Below, one piece after another: positions 1-13,284 of a DNA stretch of 64,000 nucleotides; within the stretch, counting starts at the first letter, position 1, and every line of letters starts with the position of its first letter. A program made the translations under genes and the position numbers. Under the pieces are notes generated by a model. The model ran no database searches, was not told the origin of the DNA, and saw only the letters and a program-made list of their open reading frames with translations. Origin of the DNA: Pecten maximus (lineage: Eukaryota); NCBI RefSeq assembly GCF_902652985.1, contig NC_047032.1, positions 18,662,001-18,726,000 of the forward strand. Reading direction: 5' to 3'.

Positions 1-428
1 GAGTCATATCATCTGCGGATTTATATTATATGCCTGTCTACATACACATAAATAGCAGGATGAGTTTATCTTTTATTGTAGATTATTGAATGTCGTACCT
101 GCTATCCATTTCCCTCGGGGACAACTGCGTAGTATTATCGCCGCGAAATTAATCAACAGTAACAACGTGAGATTGAAAATTTTGATAAACAATTCATGGA
201 AAACATATCTTTAAAGCATTTCAGAATATGATAATGGTTTTCTGAATATTTAGTTTAAGGGAATATATCATGAAGTTACAACAATCACATTAAATATCAT
301 ATAGAATTTTTTATACTAGATAAAAAAAAGGATGTTTAAGTTGTATGCTAGTCACATGTAAAAAAAACATTACAAGCTGACTCTCCTTGGATATTGGCAC
401 TTGTAAAAATACTAGTTCAATTACGGAG

Positions 429-625
429 TTATTTTAACAGTGGTCCAGAACATGCTGTGTCAAAGTAACATTTCCAGAACGCCCAGCGCTCAGCCAAAGT
501 GACGGCCTTACGCATACAAGTCCGCTTTGGCTTAGAAGGTGGGGTCGGTGGTTCATACAGGGGATTCTTTGCCATAACCTTTCCTTGCTTGTAGTTAGGC
601 TTATATCGGCGGTAACATTCGAAGC
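429..625 (-). CDS. Last coding exon of a secreted Pro/Asn/Arg-rich protein with colipase-like Cys domain ((G)FECYRRY...CSGPLLK*)
   Basis: Acceptor tgcctattttgcag at 626-627; phase 1 matches the upstream 72-nt exon; open frame to TAA at 429-431; supplies Cys 9-12 of the domain. Confidence 0.88.
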
Positions 626-736
626 CTGCAAAATAGGCAAACACAAATTTTGATTTACGCATATTCTCAACCTGTACAGGAAAAAAAGGAGCAATTACCT
701 TTTAATGTGGAATATACAACGACTTGTTTTGTTTAA

Positions 737-1168
737 AGCGAATGTAACTTTGGTTTCCATACTCATTGGAAGATGATTAATTCTTTTAAATAGGGAAATG
801 GGTTTAAGATAAAGCAATGCACCAGCTTTTATCGTAAAACATGTTCTGTAAATACATATTTTGTTCAAAACACGTTTTATATCGATCGATATTTGTAAAC
901 CATGCTACTGGAAATAGGCCGAATGAAGTCGGGTGCGAGTAATGAGTCTATGCAGTATTCTGCTTACGAACGGTAAAATTGCATTCTTGTAGGATCTACC
1001 GAATTGAAATACTATTCTTTTGCACTGATTTCTGTATTTAATATTAACTAGGAATGCGGACAATTGAAATATCGAAATTAAGGGAAAGTCTAGGTTTTTT
1101 AAACAATATTTTAATATATTTCGCCAGATAATAGTTTCCAACTGACTTCTTTTACAGTTATAACCGCT
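737..1168. mobile_element. MITE with TTAA target duplication (Kolobok/piggyBac-type non-autonomous element)
   Basis: TTAA at 733-736 and 1169-1172; imperfect TIR agcgaatgtaact versus agcggttataact. Confidence 0.55.
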
Positions 1169-1458
1169 TTAAATCATTCGAATTAATAGTCTATTCCAAC
1201 TCCCTATTCACTTTTCTTTTATCTGTTTTTTTTATCGGGTTTTGTTTTTTGTTCGCTTCTAATCATCACCACTCTAGGTCATTGTACTACCGAAAAGTCA
1301 AAGAATGACAAAACATTCGCAGGATGCAGTATAATTAACTTTGGCTCAAATATAACCATCAATTTGGTTTGAAAGGTGCTATTATCTTGTGTTTCTTTTG
1401 CACACCATTTGCCCATACACTTTAGAAAAGAGCATATTTCTCCAATGTCTTCTGTTAA

Positions 1459-2193
1459 GGATCTGCTCTTGTGAAAAGTCGAAATTTTCTGATGACAAAC
1501 TTTTAAAATGTTATACCTCATTTCCAAGGGGAGAATACCGAGATATAAAAAAGAATCGCTGTTACAATGTGTTATCGGACATGGAATGTTTTTAGAATTG
1601 ATAAACCGTCTATATTCTTTTTTAGATTAGAAGCTAGATTGACCAAATCAATTATCTCTAATCAGAACAGCAAATTATGTAACCCATTCCCCTAAATTTT
1701 GAAGTATAAAATACCCAATTTTCACCATTTTTCCTACATTTAACGCTTCATATAAAAAGTTCTGCTGACTAGCATTTTAAGATATTCTGCAGATCGGGGG
1801 GTCGGTGTGCTTTAATTTTTGTACCGAACTGATATTTACTTTTCAGCTTTTTGGGTATAAATTTTAAAGTGCTGAAGTTAAAATAAAAGAGAAAATGAAA
1901 TGCCAAAAGGCTATTTGTTGTGGATTATTTTCCATGTATTAAATATTGTACATTTTTAAAGTAAAGATTAATTAGAAATATTCATAACTGCCATAGCAAT
2001 TATGTTTTAAGTAAAAACAGTCCAAAAATATGAAACCTGAGCCATAAACAAAATGCAAGAAAAAATTCGTTTAAAAGCAAATAAATCTGCTAACTTCAGA
2101 AGTCTGTTTTTTTTCATATATATATTACAAATGCATTTTATGCAAGATCGAAACGAGACTTCAACGTGACTGAAACCTCAGAAGAGCAGATCC
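1459..2193. mobile_element. MITE with TTAA target duplication (Kolobok-like)
   Basis: TTAA|ggatctgctctt ... aagagcagatcc|TTAA: perfect 12-bp TIR extending imperfectly; no coding capacity. Confidence 0.78.
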
Positions 2194-2744
2194 TTAAGCA
2201 TAAACATTAGAGAGCCTAAGATTAAAGAAAGCTAATATCGTTGCGCAGTTGAAGGGACATTTCAGATACCGGGATAGATCTAGGGCACAAAATAAAAGTG
2301 ATTCCTTTTTTTCTTAAAATCGGAATGTCTATAGCAACAACGTTAAACTCCGTAAAAGTAAGTACAATTAAACATGTAGGTCATTTAACATATTACCGAG
2401 TCCGAATGAAAACATGAAATAATGATCATCTCGCAGGTATTCGTGCCTTTTTAAGACTTTGAGATTCGTCCTTATCCTATATGCTAGATTTACATTCTGA
2501 GGTATACACAAACATGTTTTTAATCTCTTCAAAGTCCAATACAGATTTAAAGTTTATGTATTCACAACTGTGACTCCTCTTCTATATCTGAACAATTCAT
2601 TAGGACCTTTCCATTTTGTATGACTCCCTTTCTAGATTGTCATTCTTTGATCCGAAGCATCATTGACGAGTTATAGAAGAATATAGCTATATGAAACGGT
2701 TCATCCGTCGCTTATCAGGTATTGCTTAAAGGTGAGATAAATAG

Positions 2745-2922
2745 AGGTTACACAACGGGTGGTTGTTGGATATGGAATTTATTTTACACGAGTAAGTTAT
2801 TTTTTAAAAGTTACAAAAGACACGAGCTTTAGCGAGTGTTTGTTTGGCAACCTTTTAAAAAATAACTTACGAGTGTGAAAATAAGTTCCATATCCAACAA
2901 TTTCGAGTCGTGTGGACCTGTT
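2745..2922. mobile_element. Palindromic foldback element (MITE/Crypton-like non-autonomous repeat)
   Basis: Arms ttgttggatatggaattt...aagttatttttt and aaaaaataactt...ttccatatccaacaa around the centre cacgagctttagcgagtg. Confidence 0.6.
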
Positions 2923-3664
2923 TTCGACCACAATAATATCGGCTTGAATCAAAGGAAAACGTTGCCAAGTATAATTTCGCGTATGCAAATAAAGTGTACC
3001 GGTGAACGGCCGGGACCTGGTGATGTGACATCATTAGATTATTGATGACGTCAATAACAATTGCAGCTTGGTCAAAGTCACCGTGTTAGCCAATCAAATG
3101 CGTACAGAGGTATTAGCCAACATGGTGGTATAAACAGATTGTTAATCAACAGCTGTAACGATTAACTGATGGTCTGAGAGTTGAATAACAAATGGTATTG
3201 TGGTAGAAATATAGTTTTATAAAGACCCGGTAGAATCAAATATCAACCGAAGGTGAAGCCTGATATCAATAGTTTACATTACATATACCAGGTCGGTATA
3301 AAACTGTAATATCGAATCAAGGGTTCTTATTTTTTTATGTTAGGTAGTGTATGAAACTTATTTACAAAAGGATGTAAATGCATAAAATGTATCTTGTTAA
3401 CAGGAGAAATTTGATTGGGGCACTGCGACGTTACATCTTACAATTATAATGACGTCATCAACGCCATATAGACCCTGCGTTCCTCAATATAGAAACGTCA
3501 GATTAATAAAGTGTCTCAAAATACTGTCCTACACGTGACCACGTTTTAGCCAATGAGAATGAAGGAAATATCTATTACTTACAGTGAAAGATCATTCACT
3601 TGTATGTCCTTTGGCGTAATTCTCAATTACTTATCAGATAATGTAGAAATTAACATCAAATTAC

Positions 3665-3736
3665 CTGTCTTGCACGCACAGAGATCATCACAAGTCTCCC
3701 CCAGTCCAGGTTGTTTCATCTGGCAAGTACCGGAAG
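3665..3736 (-). CDS. 72-nt internal exon ((A)SGTCQMKQPGLGETCDDLCACKT(G)), absent from the ORF track
   Basis: Acceptor ccttttacttcag, donor G|gtaatt; phase 1-1, joins the flanking exons in frame; four Cys complete the colipase-like pattern. Confidence 0.88.
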
Positions 3737-4941
3737 CTGAAGTAAAAGGAAAAGGTACTTTTCTAACTGAGAGATAAATTGTTTAAGTTCATTCTCAAGC
3801 TATAAGTTTGAAAAATATTTGGTTTATAAGAAGACTGTGTTTATTTTTAAGAGTATGTAGCTTGTAATTTAAGAGGATTTTGTTTTTCTTTACTCATGTT
3901 CTTTTTCCACCAGGCTTAATATTTGTCTTTGGCTAATACCCGAACAAAAAAACTCGAATATCGAAATGATGTATTTACCCCTCTGTAAAGATTAATGAAA
4001 CACAGAGCATGTTATTGGTATTAATTTTATACATGGCACAATAGGTTTAATGACATGAACATTAAAACTGCATGAAAATAAAGAAGTAAACATATATTGT
4101 CTTGGCGTCGGTGGTATTATGTATGTGACGTAGCCGTCAAGTTAAAGAGGACAGTTAGGGAAAACATCTCCGCTGATACCGTCAAACAGGCTCTAACACT
4201 TCAAGGGGATTTCAGTCAATTAATAATGTTGTTTGATCAAAACCAAATTAACTTATTTTAATTATAATTGTTAATGACTGACATTTGGAACCCAATGTTA
4301 CTAATTATAAGATAGAGGCCAGTGAGGGGTCAGTGTGCATTTGCGCAGTAATATACAGCGCATCCTTTGTCCTTTTCCATCCCCGATTTATCGTGAAACA
4401 AAGGGAAGTAACTCTGATAGATCAGAAAACCAGCGACCAAACTTGATATAGACAAATTATATTGTATGTTTGAATTGCATTGAATTATTTAGATTATTTC
4501 TATGAACCTTAAGGGTTACAATTCAATAAGAACACTAACAAGGGAAAAAACTATACACTAGACGTGGTAAATAGTGTACATTGTACACGACGATTTGACA
4601 ATATTTCAATAAAAACCTGATCTATACTTATATACACACTTTACAACACACACATTTAACAATGTTTAATCATGCATGGATTGTTAAAGTATAATACTTT
4701 GCAGATGATAATTAATAGAGAAATGATACATAATTTATCAATTAATAGTTGTATAGCTTTGACAATGTATAAGGAACAATATGATGTGTATAATAGAAAA
4801 TAGCTTATTTGCTTGTCCTTAATATTTTGAAGATTTTGTAAATATATATGAATACCTATACTGAAATTAAATATCATTTGTGTGAAATATAATTTAGCGT
4901 GGTGCCGTTCAGTTTAACAACATTGCTGATTTTCGACCTAC

Positions 4942-6082
4942 CGAGTCCATTTTTGAGCGCGTTTGGTCCGTAAGTATCAGTATCCAACATGGTTCCTGAT
5001 TGGTCAAAACAACACCCAGCGCTGCATTCCGCTGTATGGTGACATTTAAGGCCTATACCATCAATTGTCGTTTTGGGTGGAGGAGGGAGCCTAGTTGGCG
5101 CAGGCGTCGAGGGCGTAAGTCTTGAAGTTGGGTTTAGCGATGTAGGCATGTAGAAGGGATCAGTCGGAGGGGGGAAGGTAGGGGCGTACGGGGATGGTGC
5201 CGTGGGTGGAAACATTGGTGGATTGGTAGGCGCGGTTGGTGGCATAGTTGGCGGTATAGTTGGTGGTGTAGGCCCTTGACCTTGATTGTTGAACAGAGCA
5301 GGACCCGGGAAGGGAAACCGTGGCTGTCCCGGAAAAGGAGCTTGGGGCTCAAATGGTTGCTGGTGGAAGGGTTGCTGGGTTGTCCTTTCATGTATGGGCC
5401 TCTGACGTGGCTTTCCAGGTTGCCTGCCCCGTTTCCTTTTCATCCAGTTTGAGTTTTTGCCTTGCCTGTTGATTCGTCGGTTGCCGCCTTGCCGCCTGGG
5501 GTTTGGATTGTTCCTCCAGTTTCTGTTCTGTTTCGGAGGTTTTTGAAACAATGGTATTTTGTTTGCCAACAATTGAGGCGGAGGGTTGTTCATTATCTTG
5601 TTGTTTACGCTGACTTTGATGAGTGGTTTATTTTTTTCCACAGACTTTCTTTTCCCTCCCCCTCCTCCTCCGATCCCTCCTCCCTGAGCCCTTCGAATAT
5701 GTTGTGATGGTGGTAGTGGGGGTTTCATATTGATCAAACTGTCAGCCATTGGATGCGAATTTTGATTTGGCCTTTGTGGTTGTACCGATGGTTCAAACTT
5801 GTAGGATGGCGACGGGTTTGCGTTACCGAAATTAAACCCAGAAGGGACAAAACTCTGGATACCCGCGACAGATGGAGCTTGTGTAGTTATTGCCTCTTTC
5901 TGAAATTGAAAAGGTTGAGCAAACTGTCGTAATTCAGGGCGGTATGTTGGAAAACCATTCGTCCTCGTATTCTTGTGGGGTTGTATAGAGTTCTGCTCCA
6001 ATGGATGCGACTGCTGTTTCATGTTTGAACGAAAAGGACCATTGTTCGATCTTTGGTTGTTGTTCGGACTGATCCAAGAATT
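4942..6082 (-). CDS. Large 1141-nt exon: N/Q/P/R-rich low-complexity region, P/T-rich linker and start of the Cys domain (CHHTAECSAGCC)
   Basis: Inside the 407-aa ORF; acceptor tttacattacag at 6083-6084, donor G|gtaggt at 4941; phase 0 to phase 1; GC-rich relative to its flanks. Confidence 0.9.
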
Positions 6083-6419
6083 CTGTAATGTAAACATGTA
6101 AAACCTTATTTATCAACCTTTTTGTTAATTTTAAAACCATTCAGAAAAAAACCTTATTTCGGCCTCCTATAGCTCGAGATTGTAAAATGTATTCTATTTC
6201 AGTACTGCCCGCGGGCTATACGTTTTCAAATTGAATTGTATTTTGAAATTTTATTTCATGTTCCATTTTAACAAATGCCTTATTTTGCTGCAGCCCTGCA
6301 CGGAAAGATTGTTAATCCCTCATCATATTTTCATTTATATCCAAGATTAACATTGAAAATTACCTTATTTACATTAATCCCGAGATAAAATGGTATATTA
6401 GACGTCCTTAGATTTCATC

Positions 6420-7145
6420 AAAAGTAACCCTTATCTGCGTTTTATTTTCAAGAAAAGTAAGCCTTATCTACTTTAGATTCGAGTAAGAAGTAACAACAAT
6501 CTGTGCTTGATTTCAATTAAACTTTTCCTTAATTTACGTTAGATGTCAATTGCAAGTAATCCTGGCCTATGTTAGATATCAATCAAATGTAACCCTGATC
6601 TACATTATATATCAATTAAAAATTTCATAGGATGTCAAATAAAAGTTACTCTAATCTGTTAGATTACCATAAATTCTAATCTACGTTAGATTACCGTACA
6701 TCTTAATCTATGTTAGATTACCATTAGTGAAATATATGTTAGATTACCATTGATTTTAATCTATGTTAGATTTCAATTTAAAGTAACCATAAATCTACGT
6801 CGGGTTTTAGATTTCCATTAAGATTAACCCTGATCTACATTAGATTTCCATTTATCCTAATCTATGTAAGATTGCAATTTAAGATTACCCTAAAATCTTC
6901 GTTGGGTGTTAGATTTTTATCAAAAGTAACCCTGATCTTCATTATATTTCGATTTATCCTAATCTATGTAAGATTGCAATTTAAGATTACCCTAAAATCT
7001 TCGTTTGGTGTTAGATTTTTATCAAAAGTAACCATGATCTACATTAATTTTCCATTAATCCTAATCAATGCTAGATTTTAATGTAGAGAAACCCTAAAAT
7101 GTTAGATTTCCATACAATAGTCCTGATCTTCTTAGATTTCCATTA
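6420..7145. repeat. Degenerate tandem repeat (ttagatttccat / aaagtaaccctgatctac motifs) with a near-perfect ~100-bp duplication
   Basis: Recurrent ttagatt and gtaaccct motifs; about 6850-6945 is repeated at about 6950-7045. Confidence 0.65.
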
Positions 7146-7548
7146 AAAATGGTTGCATTTTATTTGAATTTACCTTAATCCACTAACCTTACCTTAAACT
7201 TACCTTACGATTACTTTACTGCATCTTAATATATACACTTTACGATTACCACATATCCGACAAACAGAATGATCGATTGACAATAAAAGAGGTAGTATAT
7301 TAATGTCATGCCAAATGTTAAAACCGTTACGTTACTACAGCCCTTCAAATGCTTGATCTCTTTTGATATCTTGAATTGTAGTAAACAGATAATTATTAAC
7401 ATGCAGGGTTATGGGTTACTTTGGTGTTTGACAAATTACAATAACAAATTAAAATTTACGCATTCATCATTATGTATGTACTGACGTACTCTGAATTTCA
7501 GATTTCTCATATTACGTTAATTACAAAAGGTTACATACACAATGTCAG

Positions 7549-7765
7549 CCGTGCGTTCCTTTATCGTGTTCGTACCGGTACGAACCTTCTAATGGAACGC
7601 ACTGTAGCAGTAGAACCGAGCCGGTTGTTGTTGATCGATTGTTCAAACGTACCACTTACCAGGATGGCGGATCTTGGGGACTCGCTTGATATTCAATCGC
7701 GTTCCATTATATGATAGCATATCTATTTGGTACAAGTGGTACGAACCCGATAAAGGAACACACGG
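7549..7765. mobile_element. Small MITE with ~28-bp TIR and a degenerate 9-10-bp TSD
   Basis: ccgtgcgttcctttatcgtgttcgtacc versus ggtacgaacccgataaaggaacacacgg; flanks acaatgtcag and acaatgccac. Confidence 0.72.
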
Positions 7766-8225
7766 ACAATGCCACATAACACTGAATTAAGTTTTAAAAT
7801 AATCAAACACTTTTTATATCAACTCTTATGCGACAACAGTAGTACCATACTGTATATTTAGTAATATTTTGGGGTATCTGTTTTTATGTATTATCTGTCA
7901 CTAAATTTTACTAATATTAGTTGTATTTGTAGCATCCTTGATTACATCCTTGTACATGAACATTACATTTTAGTTTGCATATATCAATGCATTGTGTGTT
8001 TTTACGTGTACTTCAAGTTCTTGAAAACGGCATGTGGTGTGCACATTATTATTGAGCACCTGTTCCGACCAGGAAAAAAATCAGCTACTCGAAATAAACC
8101 AATTCAACAGTAAAACAGTAAAAACATGACTATAAACCAATGCCCACGTGACTTTAAAAATGAATAACCAACTTATGAGACAATCAGAAAGAAACACATT
8201 TAAATATCATAATGTAACACTATAC

Positions 8226-8516
8226 CTTTGGTTGTTGCTGACGGTTAGTGAATGGGGCATCAGTCACCATTTGTTGCCGACGACCAAAGAACGGATTCCT
8301 ACCATTAGACGGAAACTGACGTCGAAAGGGTGCACTTGTAACCGTCGCCTGAGTTCTATGAAATCCTTGTCCCATCTGAGGCCTGGAAGTTCCGAACGAG
8401 GCTGGTCGGGTAAATCTTTTTGAATTTTTTGCGGAAAATACTTGTCTGGTTGGCTTCCCAGAAAACCGTGCATTTGCATTTCCATTGTTTTTGTTTGAGA
8501 AGCTTGCACGTAAGTT
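8226..8516 (-). CDS. 291-nt exon (NLRASFSNK...QQQPK), R/F/N/Q-rich
   Basis: Acceptor tttcatttgcag, donor AAG|gtatag; phase 0-0; composition matches the next exon. Confidence 0.85.
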
Positions 8517-9198
8517 CTGCAAATGAAAGACGTGCATATTATCAAACTGTTCATCGTTTATATATACAAATGTATGTAGAATTACAATCTGCAATGGAAA
8601 TCAAAGAACATATATTATATGTATATGCATATTTGCATTAAACAATGTAAAAGTTAACTGGTATATACATTGTACATGTATGCGAGTAATTAAACTGAAT
8701 AATATGATAAATTATGTATTGTGTACAATGCAATGCATGCAAATGTAAAGTTTGCTTCTACGAAGGTTTATATATGTGTGTGTGTGTGTGTGGGATAGGA
8801 ATATTCAACCGAGGGTTCAAAATATGTAATAAAACCCAAGGCTTGCTTATATCATGATTTGAGTTTGGAATTTATTGTATAGCGTTGTTTAAATGTAAAT
8901 AATTTAATGTAGTTTTAATGTAATGATTGCATGGTATTGTTTATGCTATATAATAGAATCATATTTGAGGATTATATTCCTATTGTTTTCCACCGTTTAT
9001 TAATAGCTATTTTTGATATTTATAATTTTATTAGTTCCCTGCTGATGAAAACGGGGGGAACTATATGCTTCCAGTCCATCATTTAGTTACTTGTGTACGT
9101 AATACCAAATTTTGTCAGCGATCCAGCGGCTTTATTTCTTCAGAATTTTTTCTTCATCAATCTTCACACAATGATTAAGGATCATCATGTCTCGGACA

Positions 9199-9427
9199 TT
9201 TGGTTTGGTTTGTTTAGTTTAACGTTCTATTAACAACCAGGGTCATTTAAGGACAAGCCAGGTTTGGGAGGCGGAGGAAAGCCGGAGTACCCGAAGAAAA
9301 ACCACCGACCTACATGTATGGTCAGTACCAGGCAACTTCCCGATGCTGGTTTCACACTCGCAAACCAGAGGTGGATGGCTAGTGATAAAGTGTCGGGACA
9401 CCTTAACCACTCGTCCACCGCGACCCC
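9199..9427 (-). mobile_element. tRNA-derived SINE (V/Meta-type core), copy 1
   Basis: Minus strand begins ggggtcgcggtggacgagtggttaagg (A box); core gggtactccggctttcctcc; (aaacc)n tail; homologous to three other copies in the window. Confidence 0.85.
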
Positions 9428-10225
9428 AAGAAGCTATGTCTAATGGAATAGAAAGTTCGCTTTAGGGTCAAAATTAATCTCACTGTTACTATTTTTAGCG
9501 TGGATGGTAGGAGATTTAATTGCATGACATGCAATATACAATGTATTTGATATGTGCTTCTTATATCAACCGTTTTAAGCTAGCATGTCTTGCCAGACGA
9601 TTCCTATATTTCACTACATATTCGCAATATACACATATTAAGTGTACACTTCAACAACCATGTTTACTACTTAAGACCTGTCTACATGTTTAAAAAAACA
9701 CGATATCATTCTTTGTTTATCGTAATTGTTGTTTAATATCTTTGTTAACACTAATTCAAATGAATTGGATAATACATATAAATCATTTCACCGTTAGCAT
9801 ATGTTATGATAATGACATTCGTAGGTCTACTTATAGGAACTTCTCTCATCAACATATTTAATTAATTAACCTGGTGACATTTTACACATCAATCAAGGTG
9901 TAACGTTTCGCTAATAGGCTACACGCTATTGATTTATTCGAGTTACACTTTTAATTTATAGAAGGACATTACCGTACATATGACTTAACGGGAAATGTAC
10001 AAATTTCCGGTACAATTGATGAATTTCCCGAAGTCTATCTCGAGATCACTCCATTATTTCTGATATGGCTCCATAGCATGTAAATATATCAAACTTAATT
10101 CTCAATTCATTTTATAAATCTTATGTTTAACAATCGTGCTTAGGTATATGGGTTACGGACAGCTAACTATCAAAGTACATCAATATTTTAGCAGAAGACA
10201 CCTGATTTTTGGACATTAATTTAAA

Positions 10226-12948
10226 GGCCTGTTTCCAGTAATGTTAATTCTCCATAGGAGCCTGCCCCCGTATAATTTCTTATCTAGCTCAACTACAGTT
10301 TTTTTCTTTTCCGAAGAATAATTTTACACCTTTCCGACACCCAGATTTCATAATGTCAGTGAAAATGTATTTTTATAAAGTTGTCATTTTGAGCATCAAA
10401 GACATAAGGTTGTAAATAAAAGAAGGTTATCTCGAATTGTAATTCGCAACATAGTATACATTTCTTTTGATAAATATTTCCAAAACATCGTGTTTATTCA
10501 TAAAACAAAAATTTTCTCGGATGAAAATGCACTTGCAGAGACACAATTATGAAGAAAAATGCCATAAAATTGCAATTTTCTCCCGTTATATAGTTTTGGA
10601 TGCAAATTTCCATCACAAAATCGGATAGAGCTTTACTTGTTTCATATGCGTACCAAAAATCAGCTTATTCCATGTGGTGGAACGTTCTCATATCGCCGCC
10701 TGAATGTGGTTGTAAATTGAAAGAAAAGGAGAAATGAGTAACAACCTTGTCTGAAACCCTATTATATAGCTTATTATATACAAAATTTTATATTGAATAT
10801 CAGAGCGGATATTTTCATGACAGTTTTATGATATCTAACGACTAAATAAACAGTATCGATATAAAGATTTACACTGAGGACACCCTGATACATGAATACT
10901 GTTCTATCTCAAGTTGTCCTCTTTTGAATTTTCTGATCGTGTGGCCTTGTACATTTATCCGTATCTTCTTGTCTTTGTCTATACGTTTACGGAATCATTG
11001 ACACGACGCTAGCTATTCTCCCATCTCCAAAGCGTTGTGGCTCTGTCAGGGTTGGGACCCTAACTTGTCTCACTTTCTTTGTGCCTGCCGACCACGCCAT
11101 ATCGAATAGTTAGATTATCCATATGAAATACTTTATTTTGTTCTAAGTAATCAATCAATTCTGCGCTTCTTGGAGGTATTGAATGTGATTTATTATATTG
11201 TCTTGTTATTTTGTGTAGTTAGTTGTCCGTTATTTATCACACATTTTCGCATAATTGTACCAAACTACTAAGCATTAGCTGTTTACAGCAATCATCGATG
11301 GCTTGCTATTTTGTTACTTTATCGACGCTTCATAAACCAATCGTTATTGTTTCAAGATGGAGGGTAAATGTGTTGGAAAAGGCTGTCAACTATACTTCAA
11401 GAAACGTAGTGGCAATAAGAACAGAAGTGCACGCAATGTAAATAGTCCACAATATAAATGGCTCCTAGATACGCTGGTGCAACAAGGATTGATGTCAGCA
11501 AAGGAACAAGCACTTATTTGCCAGAAGTACTACATGAAGTATCTTCGGAACAAAAATCAGCCTGAACCTGAACCCAAGCAGAATCAGGAAATAGAGGAAG
11601 AAGACGACTCCCCGTCCCATATCCTGCCGTTGCTGACCCTTCATGATCTTTTGAATGGATGATCTTCACACAAAAAATGCTGTCTCTGTCTTGTTACCTT
11701 TGCAATAAATAGAACAAAATCATCAGTCTTACCAAAACGTGTAAGACATCACCTGATCTATTCACACAAACTGTGGTGTCCCACTATGAGACTATGAGGT
11801 GTGGCTTTACCAGCACTCCCCAGACCTTCTCCGATGTCAAATACATTCTCGACACAAAAGCCAAACGAAATATAACGTTTCGATACGGTTCACTGTTTCA
11901 CCCGATGATGAGGCCCCAATAAAGGACTACTACTGCCAGTGCTCAGTTGGAGAGAGAACGATGTGAATGTGTGCGCACATCTCCAGTATCTTGTACTACC
12001 TTGGGTATTACAGGGCGCTGGAAAACCCTCGACCATTACAACCACATGTGAAGAAATTCCGACAAAACTTGAACTAGTTTTCCATGCGGCAACGGAGTGC
12101 ATATGTCGAAGGTATGTTTGGGGCTCGACATGAAAGATCCCCGTTACCATGTGACTAACCAAACTTATAAATATAGGTATTATACAATCGCCCGTAGCTA
12201 TGAACACTCCCGTAAATGCGAAAACCAACCAAAATCATAAGGAACACGTTTTGTTTGTTGTTCTGTCTATTTGTCAGCTAATGTCTTCAACCACGGGGAC
12301 TTGTGAAGTAGCCATCTTGGATTTTTTTTATGAAAAATTGTTTCTCTCACTTTTTTTCATATCTGTGTACATATTCTCAACATACCGAGCAAATACTCTC
12401 GTGTTTTTGTTAATTATCTAAAGAAAGTCGAAAATCGGCAATTCAACCATAGGCTAATTCAACCCAAGATTTGAAAAAGTTCAACCACTTACATGTTGAT
12501 GATTTTTCCTCTCATCAATAGCATATTACGTACTGTTTAATAGGATAAAAATTGGTTTGCATCCAACGCCCATAAAAGGGTGTATTCTCTAAAAAACACA
12601 GTTTTTGTGTCTAAAATGTTATCATCGAAAATGGCATTTTTGAGATTGTTTCTTCCATAAAACAGCCCAATGGCGCGATGGAAACATGATTTTTTTGTCA
12701 CAATCATGCCAGGAATGTATTCTTTACGGTGACCATCATTTGATTATATTTTCATTAATATTTTACATAACATGCACATTGTATCAACACTTAGACAGCT
12801 TCTGAAAGGTACAACTTTGAGGAGCCATAAAAAACAAACCAAGTGACCTAAATCTTTATACTTTTTAGATTTGTGACCACAACGGCATGGGCATGCACCA
12901 CCAACAAGAAATTTGAATCAGAGAAGGGGCCATTTTGGAAACAGGCCC
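10226..12948 (+). mobile_element. Internally deleted DNA transposon with a SWIM-finger transposase relic (PIF/Harbinger-ISL2EU-Spy group)
   Basis: TIR ggcctgtttcca / tggaaacaggccc; flanks AAA|...|TTT; N-terminal relic 11357-11800 (SSHKKCCLC...HKLWCP); C-terminal relic about 11825-12014 (IHSRHK...YYCQCSVGERTM*MCAHISSILYYLGYYR). Confidence 0.7.
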
Positions 12949-13164
12949 TTTAGTTGCCAACGTAACTACATCCGTATAGAAAATTGATTTATTCTACTCC
13001 ATGTGACATAGCTACATATATCATGTTATGTAATGCCTTGTACCGAACTGAAATGACATCCCATCCAGGAAAAAACTATAAATTAATCCAATACGATATG
13101 CTCCGAAAATTAATGAAATGTAAATTACATACAGTCTGTTGCGTTAGGACTCGGGCTACCCTAA

Positions 13165-13284
13165 CCCTAACTCTCACTCTAGATATATAACCAGAAACGA
13201 TGGAGAGTTTCTCTCGACCTAGACCCCTAACTCTCACTCTAGATATATAACCAGAGACGATGGAGAGTTTCTCTCGACCTAGAC
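13165..13284. repeat. 60-bp tandem duplication preceded by a short (CCCTAA)n run
   Basis: ccctaactctcactctagatatataaccagaracgatggagagtttctctcgacctagac occurs twice. Confidence 0.85.

Noticed and set aside
4874-4941. ORF-track termini of the 407-aa ORF, and the starts of ORFs 429-662, 8220-8594 and 62328-62768
   Set aside because: These extensions run past clear splice sites into introns.
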